The position numbers and the translations under genes are program-made. Below the pieces are notes generated by a model. The model saw nothing but the letters and a program-made list of their open reading frames with translations. It ran no database searches and was not told the DNA's origin. A stretch of 64,000 nucleotides of DNA from Candidatus Dormibacteria bacterium (GTDB lineage Bacteria > Chloroflexota > Dormibacteria > Aeolococcales > Aeolococcaceae), in contig JBEKIT010000009.1 of the NCBI GenBank assembly GCA_050011555.1, positions 17,807 to 81,806 on the forward strand. Direction: 5' to 3'. Shown in pieces: positions 56,199 through 64,000 of the stretch (the stretch's first letter is position 1; the number at the start of each line of letters is the position of its first letter).

Positions 56199-57253
56199 GC
56201 CTCGCGCCACTCGAGACGACCACCGGCCGCCCCGAGGAGACGTCGTTGGAGGCCGTGGAGGCCGCCCAGGCCATCGAGGGACGGAGCCCGTTCCGGCTCG
56301 CCCTGGCCCGGCTGCGCACCGACCGGATGGCGATGGTCGCTCTCGGAATGATCGTCCTGATGGCGCTTCTCGCCATCGTTGCGCCGGTCATCTCGACGCT
56401 GACCGGCCACAACCCGTACAACCCCGACCTGGTCAACGGGACCAACTCCTTCGGTCAGCCGTACGGCCCCGGCCAGGCGGGTTTCATCCTCGGCTCCGAC
56501 AACGTCGGGCGCGACGTCCTGGTCCGGATCGCCTACGGGGCCCGGATCTCGCTGCTGGTGGGGGTGCTGGCCACGCTCATCGCCACCATCGGCGGCACCA
56601 TCCTCGGTCTGGTCTCCGGCTACTTCGGGGGCTGGATCGACGCGGTGCTCGCCCGGCTCATGGACACCGTCCTCTCCTTCCCCTACGTGCTGCTGGCGAT
56701 CGTCCTGGCCGCCGTCTTCAGCGCCAGCCTCCCCCTGACCATCGGCGTGATCGCCTTCTTCTCCTGGGCGGCGATCGGCAGGATCGTGCGCGGCCAGACG
56801 CTGTCCCAGAAGGAGAAGGAGTACGTCGAGGCCGCCCGCTCCATCGGTGCGGGGAGCTTCCGGATCATGTTCGTCGACATCCTCCCCAACCTCATCGCAC
56901 CGGTGATCGTGCTGGGCACCCTACTCGTTCCCACCGCCATCGTCTTCGAGGCCACGCTGGACTACCTTGGCGTGGGTGTGGGGCCGCCGACCCCGACCTG
57001 GGGCAACATGCTCGCCGATGCCCAGGGTTCGGCGGGCTTCGGGGCCTGGTGGTTCTGGATCTTCCCGTCCGTCGCCCTGCTGATCACGACCCTCGGTTTC
57101 AACCTGCTCGGGGACTCGGTGCGCGACGCCCTCGACCCGCGGACGGAGCGCCTCTTCGCGATGCGCCGCAAGGTGAGGGCCACTGCGGGCGGACCCGGCG
57201 GCTCAGCCCCCGCCGGCTCCGACCCGCTCTCCAGTGAGCCGGCCCCCTCATGA
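56195..57253 (+). CDS. Oligopeptide ABC permease (OppC/DppC-like)
   Basis: LGSDNVGRD..GARISL, EYVEAARSIG, PTWGNML, GDSVRDALDPR. Confidence 0.94.
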   Translation: MSLAPLETTTGRPEETSLEAVEAAQAIEGRSPFRLALARLRTDRMAMVALGMIVLMALLAIVAPVISTLTGHNPYNPDLVNGTNSFGQPYGPGQAGFILGSDNVGRDVLVRIAYGARISLLVGVLATLIATIGGTILGLVSGYFGGWIDAVLARLMDTVLSFPYVLLAIVLAAVFSASLPLTIGVIAFFSWAAIGRIVRGQTLSQKEKEYVEAARSIGAGSFRIMFVDILPNLIAPVIVLGTLLVPTAIVFEATLDYLGVGVGPPTPTWGNMLADAQGSAGFGAWWFWIFPSVALLITTLGFNLLGDSVRDALDPRTERLFAMRRKVRATAGGPGGSAPAGSDPLSSEPAPS

Positions 57254-58212
57254 CCCGGTTCCTCATCCGGCGCGTCCTGCAGGGGATCGTCACCCTCTGG
57301 GCCATCGTCAGCCTCGTCTTCGTCCTCTTCTTCATGGCCAGCCCCGACCCGGCCCGCCTGCTCGGTGGCAAGGCGGCGACCCCGAGGCTGATCGAGAGCA
57401 TCCGGGTCGCGCTCGGGCTCAACAAGCCGCTCTGGCAGCAGTACCTGAACTACCTGGGCCGGCTGCTCCAGGGCAACCTCGGGGAGTCGTACAAGCTCCA
57501 CGAGCCGGTCACCACGCTGCTCGGCCAGTGGGTGCCGATCGACATCTCCCTGGCGGTGGGCGCCAGCATCATCTGGCTTGTCCTCGGCCTCAGCGTCGGC
57601 ATCCTGGCCGCGCGCCGCCCCCGCAGCGTTTGGGACCGGAGTGCCACGGTCTTCGTGCTCACCGGTCTCTCGACCCCCACCTTCATCCTGGGGCTCCTCC
57701 TCCTCTACCTCTTCTTCTACATCCTCAACACGCACGGGATTACCATCTTCCCGGGGGCGGGCACCTGGACCCCGTTCCACGTCAACCCCTTGCAGTGGGC
57801 CCGCGACCTGATCCTTCCCTGGCTCACCCTGGCGCTGATCACGGCGGCGACCTACGCGCGACTCTCGCGCAGCTCGCTGCTCGAGACCCTGGGTGAGGAC
57901 TACATCCGCACGGCCCGCGCCAAGGGGCTCTCGGAGCGGCGCATCGTCTACCGCCACGCGCTCCGGGCGGCGATCACCCCGATCGTGACCCAGTTCGGTA
58001 TCGACCTGGCCACCGTGCTCGGTGGCGCCATCATCACCGAGACCGTCTTCGGCCTGCCCGGGTTGGGTCAGAACGTGGTGAGCGCGATCGGCCGCGAGGA
58101 CCTGCCGGTGATCCAGGGCATCGTGCTGGTCGCCGCCGCCTTCATCGTCGTCGCCAACATCGTGGTCGACGCCCTCTATGCCGTCGTCGACCCCAGGGTG
58201 AGGCTGTCGTAG
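57250..58212 (+). CDS. Oligopeptide ABC permease (OppB/DppB-like)
   Basis: GLNKPLWQQY, DYIRTARAKGL, ETVFGLPGLG, DLPVIQG, DPRVR. Confidence 0.95.
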   Translation: MTRFLIRRVLQGIVTLWAIVSLVFVLFFMASPDPARLLGGKAATPRLIESIRVALGLNKPLWQQYLNYLGRLLQGNLGESYKLHEPVTTLLGQWVPIDISLAVGASIIWLVLGLSVGILAARRPRSVWDRSATVFVLTGLSTPTFILGLLLLYLFFYILNTHGITIFPGAGTWTPFHVNPLQWARDLILPWLTLALITAATYARLSRSSLLETLGEDYIRTARAKGLSERRIVYRHALRAAITPIVTQFGIDLATVLGGAIITETVFGLPGLGQNVVSAIGREDLPVIQGIVLVAAAFIVVANIVVDALYAVVDPRVRLS

Positions 58213-58244
58213 CGAGGGGACGACAACGGCGCCGGTGGGCGCCC

Positions 58245-59609
58245 TCAGACCGCCGGGAGGCAGAGCAGAAAGGTGCTGCCCTCACCGGGCCGGCTCCGCT
58301 CCAGCACCAGGTCGCCGCCCATTCGCCGCGCGCATTCGCGGCTGACGTAGAGGCCGAGGCCGGTCCCGGCGGCGCGCTCGGCCCCCGCCCCCCGGACGAA
58401 GCGCTCGAAGATGCGCTCGCGGTCCGCCTCGCTCACCCCTGAGCCGCGATCGCTGACTCGGATCTCGATCCCCGCCGCGGTCCGGCGGGCGCTGATCGTC
58501 ACCGCGGCGGGGGGGTCGGAGTAGATCAGCGCGTTGTTGACAAGATTGTCCATGACGCGGGTCGCCAGCGCCGCGTCCGCCGCCACCTCCAGCTCGTCGG
58601 GGCAGTCCAGGGTCAGGGTCGCGCCCGTGAGGTCGAGGTGGGGCACCATCCGCTCTCGGACGGCCTCGAGCAGCGCCTGGAGCTGGATCCGCGTGCGCTC
58701 GATCTGGAGCTCGTTGCTCTCCAGGCGGGCCACCGTGAGCAGCGACGTGGCGATCTCCTGCGCCTCGCGCGCCTTGGTGGCGATGACCCGAACCGCCCTG
58801 GTCGCGGGCTCTCCGAGCGGGCCCAGGTCGCCGCCGTCGAGCAGCGCGGCATACCCCTGGATCACCGTGAGCGGAGATCGCAGCTCATGGACGGCGATGT
58901 CGAGCAGCTCCGACTTCGTCCGCTGGGCGGCATCCAGATTGCGCACCGCGTCGGTCGCCGCCTGGTGGGTGGTGGCGTTGCGCAGGGCGATCCCGGCGAT
59001 GGACCCCAGAGTGGAGAGGCTGGTCCGCTCGTCCTCGTGAAAGGCCGGGTCCCGGTAGCGGGAGAAGACGAGCAGGCCGGTGACCTCCCCGCCCTGCAGG
59101 ATGGGCACGCTGGCCGTATGGCGGACGAGGCTGAGCGCCTCGCGGAACTCCGGGGAGGCCCGCATCGTGTCCATGGCGCCGCCGGTCACCACGGTCCGGC
59201 GGGTGAGCGCCTCGCGGACCAGCGGCTGCTCCGACAGCCACGGGGAATCGAACCGGCGGCCGATCCAGGTCACCCCCTCTCGGCCTCCGACCGAGGCCTC
59301 GATGGTGAGCTGTCCGTCCTTCCAGCTCGAGAGGGTCGCGCGGTCGGCGCCCACCAGCCGCGCTCCCTCGTCGAGGATCGTGTTGACCACCGTCCGTGGA
59401 TCCAGTGAGCTGCTCATGGCCATGGCCAGTGCCAGCAGCGCCTCGGCGTCCCGATGGTCGCCCGGCTCGGCGCCGGGGGAGGCCGCGGCAGGTGCGCTGC
59501 TCGTCGTCACCCGCTCCGCAGGTGCCAGCGCCGACGGCGACCTTCGCTTCGACGACTTCTCCTCCGTCGGGGGAGAAAGCTGAGTGTCGCCGACGGTAAC
59601 ATCACCCAT
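58245..59609 (-). CDS. Cytoplasmic GAF-domain histidine kinase (orphan)
   Basis: GAF domain, AVHELRSPL, NLVNNA..Y, DRGSGV, FERF, GTGLGL; no TM; start uncertain. Confidence 0.88.
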   Translation of the reverse strand: MGDVTVGDTQLSPPTEEKSSKRRSPSALAPAERVTTSSAPAAASPGAEPGDHRDAEALLALAMAMSSSLDPRTVVNTILDEGARLVGADRATLSSWKDGQLTIEASVGGREGVTWIGRRFDSPWLSEQPLVREALTRRTVVTGGAMDTMRASPEFREALSLVRHTASVPILQGGEVTGLLVFSRYRDPAFHEDERTSLSTLGSIAGIALRNATTHQAATDAVRNLDAAQRTKSELLDIAVHELRSPLTVIQGYAALLDGGDLGPLGEPATRAVRVIATKAREAQEIATSLLTVARLESNELQIERTRIQLQALLEAVRERMVPHLDLTGATLTLDCPDELEVAADAALATRVMDNLVNNALIYSDPPAAVTISARRTAAGIEIRVSDRGSGVSEADRERIFERFVRGAGAERAAGTGLGLYVSRECARRMGGDLVLERSRPGEGSTFLLCLPAV

Positions 59610-59942
59610 GACCGCTATCATCATAGCCGGTCGACTGGAGGGGGATAAGCCATCCGACTGCGCGGCTCCCGGCACACCCGGACAGGGACCTGGCCGGGCG
59701 GCTCAGGGCACCGGCCCGGAAGTGACTTCCCGTTTCATCCGGCCACTTCCGCCGGCGGCGCTGCGCGCCCCGAGGCCGGCGTCAGGGGGCCCCGGCGGCG
59801 GCGCCGTCAGGCGCGGCACCTGCTGGTGCGCTCCTCCTCCGCCACCCGTTCCTGGGGCTCCGACGGCCTGGCCGGCGAACCAGAAAGCCGCCCGCGGGCA
59901 AGTGCACTAGCATCATCGAAATCATCCGATGGAGGGAGAGCG

Positions 59943-60389
59943 ATGCCTACTGCCCACAGCACAGCTGAGGCGACCTGGTCCGGTGATCTCATGGGGGGCG
60001 GCGGAAGCGTCCGCCCTGGCAGCGGTGCCTTCCCCGAGCTGCCCATCTCCTGGAACCGGCGGGCCCAGCGGGAGCAGGGCGCGACCAGCCCGGAGGAGCT
60101 GATCGCCGCCGCCCACGCCGCCTGCTTCTGCATGGCCCTCTCCAACGAGCTGGCCAAGGCGGGCCATCCCGCGGAGACGATCCTGGCATCCGCCAGTGTT
60201 GCGTTCGAGACCGGTCGAGCCGACGGTGCCGCGATCACCTCGGTCGAGCTGGTGGTCCGCGCCCGGGTCCCGGGCATGGACGAGCCCGCGTTCCAGGCGG
60301 CGGCGGAGGGGGCCAGGGCCGGCTGCCCGGTGTCCAAGGCGCTCGCCGGCGTCGAGATCCGGCTCCAGGCCGCGCTGGAAAGCGGGTAG
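59943..60389 (+). CDS. osmC: OsmC-family peroxiredoxin
   Basis: ATWSGDL..GGG, TSPEELIAAAHAACFCMALS, CPVSKAL; GGAGGGAG RBS. Confidence 0.93.
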   Translation: MPTAHSTAEATWSGDLMGGGGSVRPGSGAFPELPISWNRRAQREQGATSPEELIAAAHAACFCMALSNELAKAGHPAETILASASVAFETGRADGAAITSVELVVRARVPGMDEPAFQAAAEGARAGCPVSKALAGVEIRLQAALESG

Positions 60390-60504
60390 GGCCACGAGCG
60401 GCGCCGGCACCTCGGTCGCCTCCGGCGAGGGCGCCGCCCCCCTCGGGTCGCAACCGCGCGGCCCGCTGGCCGGGGTCGGCACCGCCAGTCCGGGTCCGGC
60501 GACG

Positions 60505-61356
60505 GTGCGCTCCGGCACCGCCCCCCACCTCATCGCCCTCTTCGTCGTCAGCGCGGTCTCGCAGTACGCCGGTGCCTCGCTGGCGGTCCGGGCCTTCGCG
60601 GCCATGCCCGCCGCCGGGGTCGCCTGGATCCGCGTGCTCACCGGCGCCGCCGTCCTCGGCGCCTGGCGGCGCCCGTGGAGGGCGCTGCGAGGCCAGCCCA
60701 GGTCCGCGCTCCTGCTGGTGGCTGCTTTCGGGGTGGCCCTGGCGGCCATGAACCTCACCTTCTACCTCGCCATCTCGCGGTTGCCGCTTGGCACGGCGGT
60801 CGCCATCGAGTTCATCGGCCCGGTCCTGGTCGCCGCGCTCGCGGTGCGCGGGGTGCGCAATCTGGCCGCGCTGTTGGTGGCCGTCGCCGGGGTGGCCGTT
60901 CTCAGCCGGATCAGCCTCTCCGGAAGCGCGGCCGGCGTGGCGTTCGCCATCACTGCCGGGCTGCTCTGGGCCCTCTACATCGTCCTCGCCCACCGGGTGG
61001 CCCGGCGCGGCCTGGGCACCACCGGGCTGGCGGCGGCCATGGCCGTCGGGGTGGTGGCGATCGCGCCGGTGGCCGCCGCCCCCGCCCTGGAGAGCGCCGG
61101 CCACGGCGCCGTCGTCCTGCTCGCGGTGGCGGTCGGGCTGCTCTCCAGCGTCCTCCCCTACGCGCTCGACCAGGTGCTGCTCCGGCGCCTCTCCCGGGGA
61201 GCCTTCGCACTCTTGCTCAGCCTGCTGCCCGCCACGGCCGCGCTCACCGGGCTCGTCCTTCTCCGCCAGGTCCCCGGTCCGCTCGAGCTGCTCGGGATCG
61301 GCCTGGTCGTGGCCGCGGTGACCCTGCGCACCCCCGAGGTGGCTCCGATCGGATGA
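60505..61356 (+). CDS. EamA/DMT transporter (RhtA-like)
   Basis: SQYAGASLA, MNLTFYLAISRLPLGTAVAIEFIGP, SSVLPYALD, LLPA; start uncertain. Confidence 0.88.
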   Translation: MRSGTAPHLIALFVVSAVSQYAGASLAVRAFAAMPAAGVAWIRVLTGAAVLGAWRRPWRALRGQPRSALLLVAAFGVALAAMNLTFYLAISRLPLGTAVAIEFIGPVLVAALAVRGVRNLAALLVAVAGVAVLSRISLSGSAAGVAFAITAGLLWALYIVLAHRVARRGLGTTGLAAAMAVGVVAIAPVAAAPALESAGHGAVVLLAVAVGLLSSVLPYALDQVLLRRLSRGAFALLLSLLPATAALTGLVLLRQVPGPLELLGIGLVVAAVTLRTPEVAPIG

Positions 61357-61362
61357 CCCGGG

Positions 61363-62001
61363 TCAGGCCGCCTGCTGGCTGAAGAGGATCGCGAAGCTGC
61401 AGCTCTGCCCCGCGTCGGCGGGGTCGGTGTTGAAGCTGGGGCCCTTGGTGATCGTGAAGGTGTACGTGTCGCTCGCGGCAGGGCCCGGCGACGTGCCCGG
61501 CCAGGTGGTGGCTCCGGCGCTGTCCCTGATGCTGGTGGCGCCCATCTGGCTGGTCAGGGCAGTGGCCGCGTAGTCGGCCACGCTGCTCTGGTCCACGACC
61601 GCGAGCAGGAGGTCAGCGCAGAGCGTGCCGGTCGCGGCCGCGGGCATCTGCATCGTGAAGGTGCTGTTCAGCGCCCCCGTGCTGGTGATCGTGACCGCGC
61701 CGGTCGCCAGGGTGCTCGGCGAGCTGGGAGAGACCCCGCTCACGCTGATGATCGCCGCGCAGGTGTTGCCGGACTGGTTGAGCAGGGTCGTCGAGGTGAC
61801 CGAGGTGCAGCTCTGCGTCCCCACCTTGTTGGTGTGGCCCAGGGTCCCGGCGCCCACGCTGTTGCCGGCGTTCTCGGTGTAGCCCTGCCAGGCGGCCAGG
61901 CCTCCGAAGCTGAGCAGGGCGGTGCCGGCGAAGGTCGCGACGAGGACCAGCGCCACCCGGAGGATGTGGGTGCACTTGCGCCGCCGCCCGCGCGCGTCCA
62001 T
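61363..62001 (-). CDS. Secreted Ser/Thr-rich protein with SipW-cognate (TasA/CalY-like) N-terminus
   Basis: Basic N-terminus + hydrophobic core + GGLAAW..TENAGNSVGAGTL; four Cys in mature part; ends CSFAILFSQ. Confidence 0.55.
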   Translation of the reverse strand: MDARGRRRKCTHILRVALVLVATFAGTALLSFGGLAAWQGYTENAGNSVGAGTLGHTNKVGTQSCTSVTSTTLLNQSGNTCAAIISVSGVSPSSPSTLATGAVTITSTGALNSTFTMQMPAAATGTLCADLLLAVVDQSSVADYAATALTSQMGATSIRDSAGATTWPGTSPGPAASDTYTFTITKGPSFNTDPADAGQSCSFAILFSQQAA

Positions 62002-62160
62002 GATCTTCCCTTTCCCGCCCTTCTCCCCGGATAGTCCAAATGCACTAGACGATGCTGGTCAGACTAACCGGGGAGGTTCGCAGGAACCCGGGAGGTTTGG
62101 CCACAGCCCCGTAACAGCGCATCGCGGGAGCGCAAACCAGACGAGCCCGCCGGAGAGGGT

Positions 62161-63090
62161 TCAGGCGGTGCCCCGCCGGGCCCGATCCAGCCACTCCGCG
62201 GCCGCCCGGAAGTCGCCGTCCGAGGTCCCGGGGCGGAGGCGCGGTGCCTCGCCGTCCGCCCTCGGGTAGGAGCCGCAGAAGCGGACCTCCTCGCAGAACC
62301 GGTGCAGGGCCGCCAGGGCGTCCCCGACCCGGGCGTCCTCGATGTGACCCTCGCAGTCGATGGAGAAGCAATAGCGACCCAGCCCGTGGCCGGTGGGGCG
62401 GGACTCGATCCGGGTGAGGTTGACCCCCCGGACCGCGAACTCGGTCAGCAGTTCCAGGAGGGCTCCGGGGTGGTCGTCGGCGATCAGGGTGACCACCGTC
62501 GTCCGATCGGCCCCGGTCGGCCGGGGGAGCGGCCCTGGCTCCACGGCCAGGACGAAGCGGGTCACCGCGTGCTGGTGGTCCCCGATGTCGGCGACCAGCT
62601 CAGCCAGCCCGTAGCGGGTGCCGGCGGCCGGAGAGGCGATGGCGGCGTCGGTGGCGTCCGCCCCCTCAGCGACGGCGGCGGCCGCCTCGGCGGTGGAGGG
62701 GGCGGCGTGGACCCGGGCCTCGGGGAGGTGGGCCCTCAGCCAGTGCCGGCACTGGGCGGTGGCATGGGGATGGGACGCGACCACCCGGATGGCTCCGAGG
62801 TCGGTGCCCGGCCGCGCCAGCAGTGAGAGCCGGACCGGGACCAGCATCTCGCGCGCGATGTGCAGCGGGTCCCCGGTCGCGAACTCGTCGAGGGTGCCGG
62901 TGACCGCACCCTCCACCGAGTTCTCGAAGGGAACCACCGCGCCTTCCACGGAGCCGTCGCGGACCGCTGCGAAGGCGTCGGCGACCGTCTCCACCGGGAT
63001 GAGGTCCGCGTCCCGGCTCTCCGCGAGGCTGCGCAGCGCGATCTCCGCGAAAGTGCCCTCGGGGCCGAGGTAGGCGTAGCGGGGCGGCAC
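62161..63090 (-). CDS. pheA: Prephenate dehydratase
   Basis: AYLGPEGTF, PFENSVEG, SHP, TRF, ACT DHPGAL..NLTRIESRP, GSYP. Confidence 0.96.
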   Translation of the reverse strand: MPPRYAYLGPEGTFAEIALRSLAESRDADLIPVETVADAFAAVRDGSVEGAVVPFENSVEGAVTGTLDEFATGDPLHIAREMLVPVRLSLLARPGTDLGAIRVVASHPHATAQCRHWLRAHLPEARVHAAPSTAEAAAAVAEGADATDAAIASPAAGTRYGLAELVADIGDHQHAVTRFVLAVEPGPLPRPTGADRTTVVTLIADDHPGALLELLTEFAVRGVNLTRIESRPTGHGLGRYCFSIDCEGHIEDARVGDALAALHRFCEEVRFCGSYPRADGEAPRLRPGTSDGDFRAAAEWLDRARRGTA

Positions 63091-63093
63091 TGG

Positions 63094-63543
63094 CTAGGTC
63101 CGCGCCGGCACGATGACGGCCGACGAGTGCACCGTGGTGCCGACGACCGTCAGCAAGATCACCAGGGCGAGGAAGCCCAGGCCGACGTAGCCGAGCACGA
63201 GCCCGGCGATGGCCATGCCGCGGCCGGCCTGCCCCCGCTGACGGATCTGGGAGAGGGCGACGTGGCCGAAGACGACGGCCAGGATGGACCCCACCCACCA
63301 CAGCCAGAGGATGCCGAGCACGAGCGCGGCGATCGCCAGGCCATTGGTGGGCGGCGCCGCGACATAGACGGGGTACGGCGGGTAGGGTGGCGGGTACGGC
63401 CCCGGCCCCGGCCAGGGGGGCTGACCCGGTGGCGGAGGGAAGGCGTAGGGGTAGGGGGGCGGCGCGCCCGACGAGGGCAACCCGTAGTCGGGCGCCGCAG
63501 GGGTGCCTCCCTCCGGCGGAGGCGGTGGCCAGGGGGTGGACAC
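63094..63543 (-). CDS. Proline-rich DUF4190 membrane protein
   Basis: Pro/Tyr-rich N-terminus, TNGLAIAALVLGI..GHVALSQI..GRGMAIAGLVLGY. Confidence 0.88.
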   Translation of the reverse strand: MSTPWPPPPPEGGTPAAPDYGLPSSGAPPPYPYAFPPPPGQPPWPGPGPYPPPYPPYPVYVAAPPTNGLAIAALVLGILWLWWVGSILAVVFGHVALSQIRQRGQAGRGMAIAGLVLGYVGLGFLALVILLTVVGTTVHSSAVIVPART

Positions 63544-63787
63544 GATCGGGCTTCCTCAGGCCGGACCGGCGGTGGCGCCCGCTCCGGCCATCGCGGGCTG
63601 CCCGGCCCGGCTCCGCCGCGCCGGTGCAGAGGTTACGCCGAGGTCGGGGCACCGGTCGTGACGGCGCCGCGCCGGCCCGGGTTCGCCCGGCCCCAGCCCG
63701 GCGCAACCGCGCTGGTCCCGGATCCGGACGCATGGCATACTCATCGGACACCGCAGGGGCGGTGGCTCGCTGACGAGGGGGAGAGCG

Positions 63788-64000
63788 GTGGAGAGCCCGC
63801 GCAGGTCCTCGGTCCATCAGCGGCGCCTGCCGATCGCCATCGCGGCGGCGGGGATCTTCATGATTGCGACCGCGGTGGGCGCGCCCTTCCCGCGGGACTG
63901 CTGGTTGCGGCCACCTGTGTCCTGATCTCGAGGCTCAGCTCGTTCGAGCCGGGCTACCTCTATGGGGTGATCGCCAGCCTCGCCTTCCAGGGGACGCTGG
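63788..64000 (+). pseudogene. Disrupted membrane-protein gene (FGLLP-motif protein-like), runs off window
   Basis: Signal-like ORF 63788-63925; a different frame from 63883 reads ALPAGLLVAATCVLISRLSSFEPGYLYGVIA. Confidence 0.45.

Noticed and set aside
1-64000. Prophage, IS elements, defence systems, rRNA
   Set aside because: No integrase, transposase, phage structural, nuclease or rRNA signatures recognised

Overview
64 kb of very GC-rich bacterial chromosome (GC judged by eye at roughly 70% or more). Gene content suggests a soil Terrabacteria lineage such as Actinomycetota or Ca. Dormibacterota; this is inference, as no marker gene is present. In order: the 3' part of a Wsp-like chemosensory operon ending in a REC-GGEEF diguanylate cyclase; a GT4; a lipoprotein with an OmpR/histidine kinase pair; a soluble MgtE-N/CBS protein with an NRAMP-related Mg-type transporter behind a structured leader; an acyl-CoA dehydrogenase, a GT-C-like protein and an aldo-keto reductase; a tatC/tRNA-Gly relic; PadR with a DrrAB-like exporter; a PLP decarboxylase; three Tad minor pilins; dienelactone hydrolase; ppc; an AlkZ-like glycosylase; a 680 bp spacer with a duplicated promoter-plus-hairpin element; an NCS1 permease; csoR-copA; several small genes; a GH5 endoglycoceramidase-like gene; a MarR-flanked hopanoid operon (prenyl synthase, fni, fused hpnC-hpnD, hpnE, shc, hpnH, hpnA, hpnG) with two HpnL-like membrane proteins; an Opp/Dpp ABC system; a GAF kinase; osmC; EamA; a SipW-class secreted protein; pheA. 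No CRISPR array, rRNA, intact tRNA, transposase or integrase was seen. The best candidates for new biology are the duplicated putative sRNA (28012-28534), the Mg-transporter leader and split MgtE-sensor/NRAMP pair, and the MarR-linked hopanoid module with its HpnC-HpnD fusion. All family calls come from reading motifs by eye; no searches were run.
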